The notes: generated from the letters alone by a model not told the origin. A stretch of DNA of 64,000 nucleotides from an uncultured cyanobacterium (GCA_963719515.1 CAVRCJ010000015.1:64001-128000); one strand, 5' to 3'. Counted from the stretch's first letter, positions 30,922 to 41,634 are shown. Numbers and translations: made by a program.

Positions 30922-32772
30922 TTGAAGTACAACCCGTCTAGAGCAGTTATTGTGACTCCGTCTCAACCCGACCCTGGTACTCCCGTTTCCCCATCATCCC
31001 CAAGACCGCGTCACACTTCAGAAATGGAGACGCTTCAATTCGTCAGCCTGAGGGTTAAGCTGCTCGTCGGGTTTAGCTTAATTTTCAGCATTGTTTTTGC
31101 AGGCGCGTTTTTCTGGTTCTACACATTTACAACGGACAAAACCATTTCTCGCCTGCGGGCTGACCTGCGCTCAACCCTGGAAGGGGCCGTAGAGGGCGTC
31201 GATGTTGACGAATTGATGGCTCTGTATGAAGACGGTGTCCCCAACAGCGACGGGTTTTCCGATGACCCCCGCTACCAAAATCAGCTTGAATGGTTTGAAA
31301 CCGTCAAGAGCATTGAGCCGCGGGCGTGGCTTTACTCCTTCGTCGTTGGCCCTGTAAGCGAAAATCGCCGCCGGGGAGAAGCAGCTGTTGCAGACGATCA
31401 GCTTGAGACCATCTTCTTAGTCGATCTATGGGTCGACTATGACCCCTCGAAGGCCGTCGGCTTTTTAGAGACGGACGAAGCCAGCTCTCGCCCTAGGGTA
31501 GTTATCGAAACGGGCGAACTGACGGAAGAGCCCGGCATCTACCCCGATGATTGGGGCACTTGGATGTCCGCCTTTGCCCCACTCAAAAACGACGAGGGTG
31601 AAGTGGTCGCGGTTCTGGGGCTCGATATCGAAGCTGACTACGTCTTCCAGCTTCAGGACCAAATTCGCAACCGCGTTTTGATGTCGTTTATTGTCACCTA
31701 CGGCATTCTGTTCGTGCTGATCTACGTGCTCTCAGGCTTCCTAACGCGGCATATTACTGAGCTGACGCGCTCCGCTGAGCAGATTGCGGCGGGAGACTAC
31801 ACGGAGGCGCTGTTCCTATCTCAACAAACGCGACTGTCTCAGCGGCGGGTGTCCCGATTCTCTTTTTGGAAAAAGGGCCAGCTGGAAAACGGGCTTCGGG
31901 ACGAAATGAGCGTTCTGGCCCAGGCCTTCACGGTGATGATCGAGAGCATCCGGCTGCGTGAGCAAATGATCCGCCGAGGTAAGAAGGTCGAAGACGAGAT
32001 GCGGCTGGCCCTGCAGGCGGAGCGAGAGCTCAACGAGCTTAAGTCTCGCTTTGTATCTATGGTGTCCCACGAGTTTCGGACTCCGCTAACCGTGATGCGG
32101 ACGTCGACGGAGCTGCTGGAGCACTACGGACACTTGGCCAGTGAAGAGAAGAAGCAGGCTTATTTTCAGCGGATTCGAGCGGCGATCGCCAACATGACGC
32201 GGCTGTTAGAAGATGTTCTGGTCTCTGGGAAAGCCGAAGCGGGCAAGCTGGAGTTCAACCCCAGCGTTGCGGATCTCGAAGCGTTTTGTCGCGATATTAT
32301 CAGCGAGATGCAGCACAGCGTTGGGCTCAGCCATATGATCACGCTTTCGGTTGAAGATGGCGTCAGTCACGTCTGGTTTGACGCCGATCTAATGCGTCCC
32401 GTGATGTCGAACCTGCTCTCAAATGCAATCAAATATTCCCAAGCGGGCAGCGCCATCACGGTTTCGATATCTCAGGACGACAGCGCCATGACTATTGCGG
32501 TGAGCGATCAGGGCATCGGTATTCCCAAGGAAGACCAGCCCCACCTCTTTCAGCTGTTTCACCGCGCCCGCAACGTCGACGCCGTTCGCGGCACCGGGCT
32601 AGGTCTCGCCATTGTGCAGCAGTGCATCGTCCAACATCAAGGACAGGTCAGCTTCGTCAGTGAGGAGAATTCTGGAACCACTTTCTACGTCCGGTTCCCT
32701 CGCGCCAACAGCCCCGCCTTATCGCCTCCCAATCCATCCAAGATTCCGGCAGGTCCAGTTAGCAACCTCTAG
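30922..32772 (+). CDS. Membrane sensor histidine kinase (extracytoplasmic sensor, HAMP, HisKA, HATPase); true start probably downstream
   Basis: Two TM helices; SHEFRTPL, NLLSNAIKYS, DQGIGI and GTGLGL motifs. Confidence 0.92.
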   Translation: MKYNPSRAVIVTPSQPDPGTPVSPSSPRPRHTSEMETLQFVSLRVKLLVGFSLIFSIVFAGAFFWFYTFTTDKTISRLRADLRSTLEGAVEGVDVDELMALYEDGVPNSDGFSDDPRYQNQLEWFETVKSIEPRAWLYSFVVGPVSENRRRGEAAVADDQLETIFLVDLWVDYDPSKAVGFLETDEASSRPRVVIETGELTEEPGIYPDDWGTWMSAFAPLKNDEGEVVAVLGLDIEADYVFQLQDQIRNRVLMSFIVTYGILFVLIYVLSGFLTRHITELTRSAEQIAAGDYTEALFLSQQTRLSQRRVSRFSFWKKGQLENGLRDEMSVLAQAFTVMIESIRLREQMIRRGKKVEDEMRLALQAERELNELKSRFVSMVSHEFRTPLTVMRTSTELLEHYGHLASEEKKQAYFQRIRAAIANMTRLLEDVLVSGKAEAGKLEFNPSVADLEAFCRDIISEMQHSVGLSHMITLSVEDGVSHVWFDADLMRPVMSNLLSNAIKYSQAGSAITVSISQDDSAMTIAVSDQGIGIPKEDQPHLFQLFHRARNVDAVRGTGLGLAIVQQCIVQHQGQVSFVSEENSGTTFYVRFPRANSPALSPPNPSKIPAGPVSNL

Positions 32773-32844
32773 AGTCCTTTTGCGCCGCGAGAAACCTCCA
32801 CAATCAAAGAGCACCCTCTAGAGTCCTTTTGCGCCGCGAGAAAC
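32766..32844 (+). repeat. 30-bp perfect direct repeat, two copies (49-bp period), upstream of trpB
   Basis: CCTCTAGAGTCCTTTTGCGCCGCGAGAAAC at 32766-32795 and 32815-32844. Confidence 0.95.
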
Positions 32845-32926
32845 TTCTTTATAATAAAGGGCCAGTAGCAGCCCACAAGCTGCCTTCTCCTAGCCGTTTC
32901 CCTTAGCGCAGGCGCGTTAACTCGCA

Positions 32927-34207
32927 GTGACACAAACTCCCGTCTCCAAACCAACTTCCGCGTCTTCCCGACCCTCACCTGCAGCGTCGTCCCCATCGTC
33001 TCGCCCTGATGCCCTAGGCCGCTTTGGACAGTTTGGCGGCAAATACGTGCCCGAGACGCTGATGCCGGCTCTCACTGAGCTTGAGACGGCTTACCGCCGC
33101 GTCTGCAGCGACGAAGCTTTCCAGTCGGAGCTGCGTCAGCTGCTGCATGACTATGTGGGACGGCCTAGCCCCCTCTATTTTGCGGAGCGGCTCACCGCGC
33201 ACTACGCTCGGGCCGACGGCAGCGGCGCTCAGATCTACCTCAAGCGCGAAGACCTCAACCACACCGGAGCCCATAAAATTAACAACGCCCTTGGCCAGGT
33301 GCTGCTCGCCAAGCGCATGGGCAAGCGCCGCATCATTGCCGAAACGGGCGCGGGGCAGCATGGGGTGGCCACGGCAACGGTTTGCGCTCGCTTCGGGCTA
33401 GAATGCGTCATCTACATGGGCGTTCATGATATGGAGCGTCAGTCTTTGAACGTCTTCCGCATGCGGCTGATGGGGGCTGAAGTCCGGCCCGTGGCGGCGG
33501 GGACTGGCACCCTCAAGGACGCCACCTCCGAGGCGATTCGCGACTGGGTCACCAACGTAGAAACCACCCACTATATTTTGGGGTCGGTGGCCGGTCCCCA
33601 CCCTTACCCAATGATGGTGCGTGACTTTCACGCCGTCATTGGCCAGGAGACGCGATCGCAGTGCGGCGCAAAATGGGGCGGTCTGCCGGACATCCTGCTG
33701 GCCTGCGTGGGCGGCGGCTCCAACGCCATGGGGCTATTCCATGAGTTTGTCGAGGACACATCGGTACGCCTAATTGGCGTGGAGGCGGCTGGTCGGGGCG
33801 TTGACACCGCCGAGCATGCCGCTACCCTCACCTATGGCCGGGTCGGCGTGCTCCACGGAGCGATGAGCTATCTGCTGCAGGACGATGACGGACAGGTAAT
33901 TGAGGCCCACTCCATCAGCGCCGGGCTAGACTATCCGGGCGTGGGGCCAGAGCACAGCTACCTCCTGGACACAGAGCGGGCAGAATACTACAGCGTCACC
34001 GATCAGCAGGCGATCGACGCTTTCCAGCGGGTGTCGCAGCTAGAGGGCATCATCCCGGCTCTAGAGACGGCCCACGCTTTTGCCTATCTAGAGACCCTCT
34101 GCCCCACTCTAGAGGGGAGTCCCCGCGTCGTTATTAATTCTTCGGGCCGAGGGGATAAGGACGTACAGACCGTTGCCAAATATTTGGACGGTTTCGATAA
34201 CGCGTAA
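32927..34207 (+). CDS. trpB: Tryptophan synthase beta chain
   Basis: [24 protein letters not shown] and [13 protein letters not shown] motifs. Confidence 0.98.
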   Translation: MTQTPVSKPTSASSRPSPAASSPSSRPDALGRFGQFGGKYVPETLMPALTELETAYRRVCSDEAFQSELRQLLHDYVGRPSPLYFAERLTAHYARADGSGAQIYLKREDLNHTGAHKINNALGQVLLAKRMGKRRIIAETGAGQHGVATATVCARFGLECVIYMGVHDMERQSLNVFRMRLMGAEVRPVAAGTGTLKDATSEAIRDWVTNVETTHYILGSVAGPHPYPMMVRDFHAVIGQETRSQCGAKWGGLPDILLACVGGGSNAMGLFHEFVEDTSVRLIGVEAAGRGVDTAEHAATLTYGRVGVLHGAMSYLLQDDDGQVIEAHSISAGLDYPGVGPEHSYLLDTERAEYYSVTDQQAIDAFQRVSQLEGIIPALETAHAFAYLETLCPTLEGSPRVVINSSGRGDKDVQTVAKYLDGFDNA

Positions 34208-34246
34208 TGGCTACCCCACGATGGCTAACCCCTAATGGCCGTCGCT

Positions 34247-34272
34247 AGCGGTAGGGCGATCGCCCTACCGCT
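34247..34272. repeat. Perfect 26-bp palindrome centred on HIP1, between convergent genes
   Basis: AGCGGTAGGGCGATCGCCCTACCGCT is its own reverse complement. Confidence 0.9.
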
Positions 34273-34288
34273 CAGTTCACCCCGCCGC

Positions 34289-35494
34289 TCAGTTCGCCTT
34301 ACTATCTGTTAGCCCTCGCGCAATGTCCGCTAGCTGTAAGCCGGGGGGGTAGGCGTTCCCTTCCTTAATTTGTTGAATGCTCTTCTCTGGAATAGGCAGT
34401 TTCAGCTGCTTCGCCACCGTTCGTACGATATCCCCCCGATCCACTACGCCAGAGACGCTGCCGGCAGGGGAAAGAACCGTGATATAGGACATTTCGCTTG
34501 CCTCTAGGTCGAGGATGAGCTGCGGGAAGGGCGTCATTTCCTGTACTGAGCCAATCTCGTCTAGCGGTTTAGCAATATCCTGGAGGGTCTGCCTTTCCCA
34601 CTGACTGCGTTCGCGCTGCCGCAGCTCGTCCATCGACACTAGCCCCCGGTACCGCCCATCCGATGAGGCAAAATAGGCGGTCGGATGGCTATCTTCCATC
34701 ACGTACTGGTCCGCAAACTGCCGCAGGGTGTCGCGGGCGTCTACAACCCGAAAATCCCGCGTCATCGCGTCAGCCGCTACCAGGCGCATCAGCTTCTCCT
34801 GCAGGTTGGCCACCTGACCATAAGTCCGGGCGCTACGGACGCCAAACCAGCCCAAAAGGGCAATCCACAAAAAGGCGAAGTTGGCCTGCTCTAAGTAAAG
34901 CAAGACCCCAAAGGCGATCGCCGAACCCCCCAGCAAAAAGCCGGAGCGAGCGGCCCAACGTACGCCCTGAATGCGGCTCCCGGTAAACTTCCACACCGCC
35001 GCCTTGAGCACCTGCCCGCCGTCTAAAGGCAGCCCTGGAATTAGATTAAACAGCGCCAAAACTAGGTTCACCCAGGCTAAGCGCTCTAGAACGACCCGCG
35101 CGGGCTCAACCGGCAGCACCTGACAGAGCGAAATTAGCAGCACAAAGAGGCATAGGCTGACGCTCGGCCCTGCGATCGCCACCTGAAACGCCTGACCGGG
35201 CGTCTTAGACTCCTCGGCAATTGAGGCGACCCCGCCAAACAAAAATAGCGTAATCGAGTTGACCGAAATGCCCTGAGAGCGGGCCACCAAGCTGTGACCT
35301 AGCTCGTGCAAGAGCACAGAACTAAACAGCAGCAGCGCCATGACGAAGCCCGCCAGCCATTCAAAGCCCTGCCAGTTGAGGCCCTGCCAGTCGAGGCTGT
35401 AGGACACGGTCACCAGTATCAAAATAAAGAACCAGGACGGGTCAATGAATAGGGGGATGCCAAACACTGACCCAATGCGCCAGCCTTGTCGCAT
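34289..35494 (-). CDS. Site-2 protease (M50) with CBS domains, paralog of 11945-13105
   Basis: LLHELGHS and FNLIPGLPLDGG motifs. Confidence 0.93.
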   Translation of the reverse strand: MRQGWRIGSVFGIPLFIDPSWFFILILVTVSYSLDWQGLNWQGFEWLAGFVMALLLFSSVLLHELGHSLVARSQGISVNSITLFLFGGVASIAEESKTPGQAFQVAIAGPSVSLCLFVLLISLCQVLPVEPARVVLERLAWVNLVLALFNLIPGLPLDGGQVLKAAVWKFTGSRIQGVRWAARSGFLLGGSAIAFGVLLYLEQANFAFLWIALLGWFGVRSARTYGQVANLQEKLMRLVAADAMTRDFRVVDARDTLRQFADQYVMEDSHPTAYFASSDGRYRGLVSMDELRQRERSQWERQTLQDIAKPLDEIGSVQEMTPFPQLILDLEASEMSYITVLSPAGSVSGVVDRGDIVRTVAKQLKLPIPEKSIQQIKEGNAYPPGLQLADIARGLTDSKAN

Positions 35495-35705
35495 AACTCA
35501 CGAATCCTTGAATAACGGGGGAGACGGCACCATTGAACAGAAGCAGAGCGCCCTCTGAACAGGAAGCTCTAATTGCCGGTGCCTATCTCTATTCTAAGAA
35601 CTCTCTCAGGAGTCTGCTTTAGGAAGGCACTTAAGCTGTTGTCCCGAGCGGCCCCTCACCAGCAGTGAGCCGCAGATGAGCGACCCGCTGGGAGGGAAAA
35701 AAAGT

Positions 35706-35975
35706 CTAGAGTAGACCCGCGTTGGCGAGTCCGAGAATGACGCCCGCGCCCAAAATATGCCCTAGGCTCATCGTGGCCAGCAGCTCCGGAACGCCGAAGC
35801 CTGTGAAAATGGCGGGTAGCTCTACGGGCAGCGCCGGCCCCTGCCCCCGGTTTTGAATGGCGTAGTAGCCAACAGCGATCGCAAACAGGTTGCAGGCAAC
35901 CATAATCAGGCCCACGCCTAAGGACCAGTCAAAAGTCTTCGGCGCGGTAGGCGCAATTGCTATCAAGAGTTCCAT
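35706..35975 (-). CDS. psaK: Photosystem I subunit PsaK
   Basis: GPALP..F..PELLATMSLGHILGAGVILGL motif. Confidence 0.95.
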   Translation of the reverse strand: MELLIAIAPTAPKTFDWSLGVGLIMVACNLFAIAVGYYAIQNRGQGPALPVELPAIFTGFGVPELLATMSLGHILGAGVILGLANAGLL

Positions 35976-36248
35976 AGCGTTCTCTCCTTAACATTTATTA
36001 ATTGACGACTACAGCATTTCTTAGGCGAGAGGGCTGCACCGGGGGGGATGGCCAGTTGCGCCATCCCCCCTTAGATCCGTGCCCCACAAATTTGGGAGTC
36101 GCTGTAGCGCGCTCGAACGGCGCGCGAGCCGTTACGAGTCGCAATAAACGAATTATAAAGACGAGGTTGCAAAGCACTACGGCTTAGTTGCTAGAGTTAA
36201 CATTTGCCATTCTGCAAAATTTGTTCTTAACATCATTTAAAGCGCCAT

Positions 36249-36953
36249 ATGCGGGTCAAAATTTGCGGCATTACTGAGGCCGATCAGGCGATCGCGATCG
36301 CCAGACTAGGGGCAACCGCTTTGGGCTTTATCTGCGTACCGGCGTCCCCCCGCTACGTGACGCCGGAGAAAATTCAGACCATTACTCGAGCCCTGCAGAC
36401 TTCGCCAGAAACTCCATCTGTTCAGCGTATCGGCGTTTTTGTAGACGCCCCTTTAGACCAGATGTGCCGTATCGCTGGCGAAGCAAATTTGACGGGCCTG
36501 CAGCTCCACGGCAGCGAACCGCCCGAGGACTGTAGTCACCTGCGGCGCTTGTGCCCCGAGGTAGAAGTGATCAAAGCCTTGCGGCTGCGAGGCTCAAATC
36601 ACAACCTTACGGGTCCAGCGCCCGACGCCCTGCAGGCCGTGGAACCCTACCAAGACCACATCGATACGCTGCTGCTAGACGCCTTCCATCCCCAAGCCTA
36701 CGGCGGCACCGGTCAAACCTTAGACTGGACGATGCTGCAGGGGTTTCGCCCCCGACAGCCTTGGTTCCTTGCGGGAGGACTAGCGCCCCACAATGTTGCA
36801 GCGGCGTTGGCCCAGCTGCAGCCCGACGGGATTGACCTCTCTAGCGGGGTCGAACAGTCTCCCGGTCAAAAAGACCTCTCTAAGGTGGCACAGCTTTTTC
36901 GCGCGCTGGCCTCGCGCCCCGGAGACTTCACTCAAAGTACTCGCTCAATGTGA
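36249..36953 (+). CDS. trpF: Phosphoribosylanthranilate isomerase
   Basis: VKICGIT, QLHGSE, GGTG, LAGGL and DLSSGVE motifs. Confidence 0.96.
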   Translation: MRVKICGITEADQAIAIARLGATALGFICVPASPRYVTPEKIQTITRALQTSPETPSVQRIGVFVDAPLDQMCRIAGEANLTGLQLHGSEPPEDCSHLRRLCPEVEVIKALRLRGSNHNLTGPAPDALQAVEPYQDHIDTLLLDAFHPQAYGGTGQTLDWTMLQGFRPRQPWFLAGGLAPHNVAAALAQLQPDGIDLSSGVEQSPGQKDLSKVAQLFRALASRPGDFTQSTRSM

Positions 36954-37112
36954 AGAATTTTTGATGATGGATAGCTAACATTCGGGAAAAACGGTAAAAT
37001 TGGATACAGAAACGAAATTGATTAGCTTTCAGAAGCGATTCAAGCCCCGCCTAGTGAATTGAACCAACCGTTCTTCAAGGCAGCAATATCACTAATTCAT
37101 TGGGAGATCCAG

Positions 37113-37523
37113 ATGAAACTTTCCTTCCGCGGCATTCCTTACCCCTACGAGCCTCAGACTGTTGAGCAGACCGAATCCGACGTTAGCGGCTCCTATCGAG
37201 GCTGTCGGATGCTGTTCAACTATCCTCGCCACATTCCAGCATCCCACCCCGTTGCCACGCTGACCTATCGCGGCGTTCCTTACCAGACGAGCGCAACGGG
37301 CGCCATTCAACCCGTCCACCCAGCCCAGCCGCGCCCGCTCCGCGATCTGACAGCGCTCCGCGATCGCCAGCCTCAGATGCAGCGTACGACCATGCAGGAT
37401 TTGGCGGCTGTCCACAACCAGAATGTATACGCGATGCTGGAGCGCCGCATTCAGGCGGCCCGCACCAAGGGAGACCAAAGCCTGCTTGAGCAGCTTGAGC
37501 AAGAGCGCCGTCAGCTGGTTTAA
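37113..37523 (+). CDS. DUF4278 domain protein
   Basis: MKLSFRGIPY, G.YRG and LTYRGVPY repeats, then H..N....LERR..AAR.KGD..LL.QLE.E; GGAG RBS before ATG 37113. Confidence 0.85.
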   Translation: MKLSFRGIPYPYEPQTVEQTESDVSGSYRGCRMLFNYPRHIPASHPVATLTYRGVPYQTSATGAIQPVHPAQPRPLRDLTALRDRQPQMQRTTMQDLAAVHNQNVYAMLERRIQAARTKGDQSLLEQLEQERRQLV

Positions 37524-37567
37524 AGGCTGTACCACGGCATACCGCAGGGGCTTGGACCCACCAAGCC

Positions 37568-38731
37568 CTAGAAATCAACCCCCCGCTTGAGGTTGATGCC
37601 CTTCTCGGCGTAGTGCTTGTGGCAAAACACCTCTGAGTGGATACTGGCTAAATCAAAATATGCGGGCTGGTGCTTGCACCGGCCCGTAATAATCACGTTG
37701 GTGTCTTTGGGCTTGCGCAACAGCGTTTGCACAATCGACTCGGCAGGCAGCAGCTCTAGGTCTACTGTCGGGTTAAGCTCGTCTAGAATTAAAGTCTTGT
37801 AGAGCCCCGACGCGATCGCCGCCCGAGTGATTTCCCAGCCGCGCTCGGCTTCCACGTAGTCCAGCTCCTGCTGCTGCCCTCGCCAAACGATCGCATCCCG
37901 GCCGCACCGCTGATGGTCGACCAATGCCGGGTAGCTTTGGCGCAGGGCGGCAATGGCGGCATCCTCCGTATAGCCCCGCCCTCCTTTGAGCCACTGCATA
38001 ATCAGCACCCGGTGGGACTGGTCTTGGCTGATGCCGCGCCCGATGGCCTGCAGGGCTTTCCCCAAGGCGCTGGTGGATTTTCCCTTACCATCACCGGTAT
38101 AGATTTCGATTCCCTTGATGTCGTAAAGATCGCTGGAATGCTCATACATCCGCATCTCGGAATGGAGATCCGCCACCTCAAGCAGCGCTGAAGGCGCACC
38201 GCGTCCGGTGGCAATAATTTCCAGGTGCTCGGGCTTGCCTGACAGCGTCTGGGCCACTTCTTCTGCAGACAGCAGCCCCAGGTCGAGCACTGGATTCAGC
38301 TCATCCAAGACCACCACAGAGTACAGCCCAGAGGCGATCGCGCCTTTAGCCACATCCCATCCTCTTTGAGCCTCCTGACGATCAAAGCGGGTGACCCCGT
38401 CGGCGTCAAAAAACTCCCCCCGCCCCGTCCGCACCTGATCGATGAGGTGCGGAAAGCCCTGCTGCAGCGCCTCAATGGCGGCGTCTTCATCGTAGGGTCG
38501 CCCCGGCCCCTTAAGAAACCGCAGCAGCAGTACCCGCGACTGCACCCCGGTCTGAATTCCCAGCCCAATAGAGCGTAGCACCACCCCGAGCGCGGCCTGA
38601 GATTTTCCTTTGCCGTCGCCATCGTAGACGTGAATTTGCCCCACTAAGCGACCGAACTGTGCCTGAGCCGTCTTGATGCCAATTCCCCGCCCTGTGGAAC
38701 TGGCCTTTGTTCTGTTCATGGCTTTGGTCAT
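37568..38731 (-). CDS. cobO: Cob(I)yrinic acid a,c-diamide adenosyltransferase, tandem-duplicated cyanobacterial form
   Basis: Two G.GKGKS P-loops and two LDELNP..TGR motifs. Confidence 0.9.
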   Translation of the reverse strand: MTKAMNRTKASSTGRGIGIKTAQAQFGRLVGQIHVYDGDGKGKSQAALGVVLRSIGLGIQTGVQSRVLLLRFLKGPGRPYDEDAAIEALQQGFPHLIDQVRTGRGEFFDADGVTRFDRQEAQRGWDVAKGAIASGLYSVVVLDELNPVLDLGLLSAEEVAQTLSGKPEHLEIIATGRGAPSALLEVADLHSEMRMYEHSSDLYDIKGIEIYTGDGKGKSTSALGKALQAIGRGISQDQSHRVLIMQWLKGGRGYTEDAAIAALRQSYPALVDHQRCGRDAIVWRGQQQELDYVEAERGWEITRAAIASGLYKTLILDELNPTVDLELLPAESIVQTLLRKPKDTNVIITGRCKHQPAYFDLASIHSEVFCHKHYAEKGINLKRGVDF

Positions 38732-39038
38732 AAGTTCACCTTAATTCCCCTCGGTTGCGATCGCTGCGGGCCATAGCTGCGGGCCATAACTGTTGTAGCC
38801 AGAGAAGTTTAAGCTCCTTGGGCACCCGTCGCTGGCGCTACATGGCGCGCATACGACCATATTACAACGCCATATCTAGACTTTAGCCTCTTCGCCAGTC
38901 TGGAAAACAGGCTCGGCTTGTCGTCGACTGGGCATTCTCGAAAGGCACGACAAGACGTGACAAAATAGTGAGAGCTGAAAGCGCGAGCCAAAACCATTTT
39001 GGAAAGCAGACCACCAAAAGACCCTGAGGAAGCGGCTG

Positions 39039-39629
39039 ATGAACGTCTATTTACTTCCGTTCAAGGTGATATCGACCCAGGCGCTGCTGCTGCTGTTCAT
39101 CATTGCGATTGAGTCAGTCGTGCTGCGGCGGCGACTTAAGTTTTCGCCTCGAAAGAGCGTAGAGTACTCGATGTCGCTAAATTTGCTGTCTCTGGTGGTG
39201 GGATGGCTCGTTTTCTTCTCGGGGCTGGCGCTGCTGGGCAACAGCCCGTCAGCCAACGAGGTGGAGACGGACTTGATCAACCTACTATTTTTGAACGGGC
39301 AGCTCCCCAATACGTTTCTTTGGATTGTGATTACCGGCTTTATCACCTTTTTTGTGACCGTGTTTATCGAGATATCGGGATTTGTTCAGCTCGAGCAGCT
39401 TCGCGGCGAGCACAAGCAGATTGAGATGCGCTACGGTCAGCGCAAGCCCCGGTTTCCAATGGGCTATCGGAGAGAGGCAATGTCGGGTCAGCCGGAGACA
39501 AAGCCCGCCTATGCGATTTTGATCGCCAACGCCACAAGCTATAGCCTCATGCTGATTGTTTTGATTACCCTACAGCTGATCAATCCACTTGGGGAGGGTC
39601 CCCTGCGCCTGATTGCCCCAAACTGGTAA
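39039..39629 (+). CDS. fraC: Filament integrity protein FraC-like
   Basis: AIE...L.RRL.F..RKS.EY....NLLS...GW..FF and AIL.ANA.SY motifs; first gene of a three-gene membrane operon. Confidence 0.75.
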   Translation: MNVYLLPFKVISTQALLLLFIIAIESVVLRRRLKFSPRKSVEYSMSLNLLSLVVGWLVFFSGLALLGNSPSANEVETDLINLLFLNGQLPNTFLWIVITGFITFFVTVFIEISGFVQLEQLRGEHKQIEMRYGQRKPRFPMGYRREAMSGQPETKPAYAILIANATSYSLMLIVLITLQLINPLGEGPLRLIAPNW

Positions 39630-39654
39630 CCTTACGCCTAGCTCAAGCACCGCT

Positions 39655-40743
39655 ATGCCCAAGATTCCGACGTCTGCCGATTTAATGAAACACGCGGCTA
39701 CCGCTGTCACCGCATCCAGGCAGCACCTGTGGACCACCATTAGGCCCGACCAGGCGTTCTCCTGGCAAACCCTTTTGTTCTTGTCCCTCTTCTCTTGGCT
39801 GATGGCGCTGTTTGCATCGGACGCGCCGCTGCTGTCCGACGCGCCGTCCGAAGGAATCGGTCAGCTGTCTCTACAGGGCTCCCCCACCAAATATGCCTTG
39901 TTTACCATGGGGTGGATTTTCCTGACTCTAGCGATCGCCTGGCTGTTGAGCGGCTCGCGCCTAAAGATTCCTCTGTTCGATCTAGTTCTCCGGCCGGCCG
40001 CTTGGGTAGCAGCAGCAATTCCCTGCATCTTTGGGTTTCAGGTGTGGTACGACAACAACTTTGAGCCCGCGCTGACGGCTTGGCCCATATTGGCGGCCAT
40101 CTTTTACCTTTTGCCCCGCTGCGCTAGCTCAAAAGGCGGCTACAAAATTCCCAAGGTGTCCGAGCGGCAGCATCTGCTGATTATCGTGCTTGTCAGCCTG
40201 CTGCTGAGCTGCTGGATTCGCTTTTACTTCCTGGTGCAGGACTGGGTTGACGGCAACAGCAGCGCCTTCAAGCCCATGCTGCCTGGGCTAGAGGTCGCCA
40301 CCGATGACCTGCCCGACACCCTGGAGACGATCGCGGAGCCAGCGCCGGCAGCAGAGCCGCAGACCGCTAGCCCCACCAACGCTAGCCCCACCAACGCTAG
40401 GCCCGCCGATATTGCTGAGTCTGTGATTGCTAGCCAGCTAGAAGCCCTCCCCCTTCCCGAGATTCGGCAGCGCTTGCGCACGGATCTGACCCTCGTTGAG
40501 ACCCTCAATGCCCAGTTCGACAACGCCCTAGCAGCTGCTCAGCAAAACCCTGGCTGGACGCTGCAGATTTCGCAGGTGGTGCCGTCGCCGCTGTCGTTTC
40601 AGCTTCAGGTTGTGCCCCCCCCTGCTCCCAGCGAGGCGGCTGGCAATACCCCCATTACCCGAACCTGCCGGGTTTCGCCCGTCGACAATCCTGGCGGTGC
40701 CCAGCTCAGTCGGCTAGAGTGTCTTGGCGCACCGTCCCAATAG
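39655..40743 (+). CDS. fraD: Septal junction protein FraD-like (DUF5357)
   Basis: P.QAFSWQTL..LSLFSW and SCWI.FYF.VQDW motifs; five TM helices, then a periplasmic tail with two Cys. Confidence 0.7.
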   Translation: MPKIPTSADLMKHAATAVTASRQHLWTTIRPDQAFSWQTLLFLSLFSWLMALFASDAPLLSDAPSEGIGQLSLQGSPTKYALFTMGWIFLTLAIAWLLSGSRLKIPLFDLVLRPAAWVAAAIPCIFGFQVWYDNNFEPALTAWPILAAIFYLLPRCASSKGGYKIPKVSERQHLLIIVLVSLLLSCWIRFYFLVQDWVDGNSSAFKPMLPGLEVATDDLPDTLETIAEPAPAAEPQTASPTNASPTNARPADIAESVIASQLEALPLPEIRQRLRTDLTLVETLNAQFDNALAAAQQNPGWTLQISQVVPSPLSFQLQVVPPPAPSEAAGNTPITRTCRVSPVDNPGGAQLSRLECLGAPSQ

Positions 40744-40762
40744 GCTGCGGAGGACAAAGCTC

Positions 40763-41536
40763 ATGTCTTTTCGCAGGCTGTTCGCGATCGCCACCAACGT
40801 CTTCCGAGAGGTGATTCGCGATCGCATCCTTTACCTGATTGCTCTGTATGCCGTCGCTCTGTTCGCCGTCGCCGCGCTGCTGCCCCAGGTGGCCGCCAAC
40901 ACTCAAGACAAAATTTTGCTGGATGTAGGCCTAGCGGCGATCGCCTTTATCGGCTTGGCTACGGCCGCCTTTGTTGGGACAGGGCTAGTGCACAAAGAGA
41001 TTGCCAAGCGTACCCTCTACGCGCTGATGGCTAAGCCAGTGAGTGCCGCAGAGCTAGTAGTCGGCAAACACCTGGGGCTGACGGCGGTGCTCGGGGTTCT
41101 GGTGGGGGCGATGACCTTGGTCTACCTGCTGACCCTCAGCCTGGGCGGCGTCTCTTATCCACTGTGGGGGCTGCTGCTAGCGGTGGGCTATACCCTGCTA
41201 GAGCTCTCGCTAATCGCGGCGGTGGCTTTGCTATTTGGCATTGTTACGGGCCCTCTGCTAGCCACGCTGCTCACCCTGGCGGTTTATCTCACCGGTCAGC
41301 TCAGCCCCGATTTAATTAAGCTGAGCGCGATCGCGCTCAGCCCCGCCATCACCCGAATCACAGACGCGCTTTACCTGGTGCTGCCCGATTTGTCTCGCCT
41401 CAACTGGCGCAATCAAGCCGTCTACGGAAATCTGCCCGACCCCACGGCCCTGGCGGGACACGCCCTCTACGGGGTGCTCTACACCGCCTTAATTCTAGCG
41501 ATCGCCGTGGCGCTGTTTAGCCGCCGCGAGTTTTAG
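40763..41536 (+). CDS. fraE: ABC-2 type permease FraE-like
   Basis: IA.NVFREVIRDRILY, KEIAKRT, GKHLGL and F.RREF motifs; GGAGG RBS. Confidence 0.75.
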   Translation: MSFRRLFAIATNVFREVIRDRILYLIALYAVALFAVAALLPQVAANTQDKILLDVGLAAIAFIGLATAAFVGTGLVHKEIAKRTLYALMAKPVSAAELVVGKHLGLTAVLGVLVGAMTLVYLLTLSLGGVSYPLWGLLLAVGYTLLELSLIAAVALLFGIVTGPLLATLLTLAVYLTGQLSPDLIKLSAIALSPAITRITDALYLVLPDLSRLNWRNQAVYGNLPDPTALAGHALYGVLYTALILAIAVALFSRREF

Positions 41537-41634
41537 CTGCTCTTGAGGTCTGCTCAATTCTCGCCTCGCGAATTGTGGCGGCTGAAGGTAATCCTCTCAG
41601 CTGCGCTTTCCTCAGCGAGGCGCTGTGCCAGCAT

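Noticed and set aside
32766..32844. CRISPR mini-array (two 30-bp repeats)
   Set aside because: Only two units, the 19-bp spacer resembles the sequence after the second unit, and there are no cas genes; this is a tandem duplication.
37021..37112. Glutamine (glnA) riboswitch upstream of the DUF4278 gene
   Set aside because: Expected from context, but I could not see the conserved CGTT..GGAAG..GAAGGAACG core; an Infernal search is needed.
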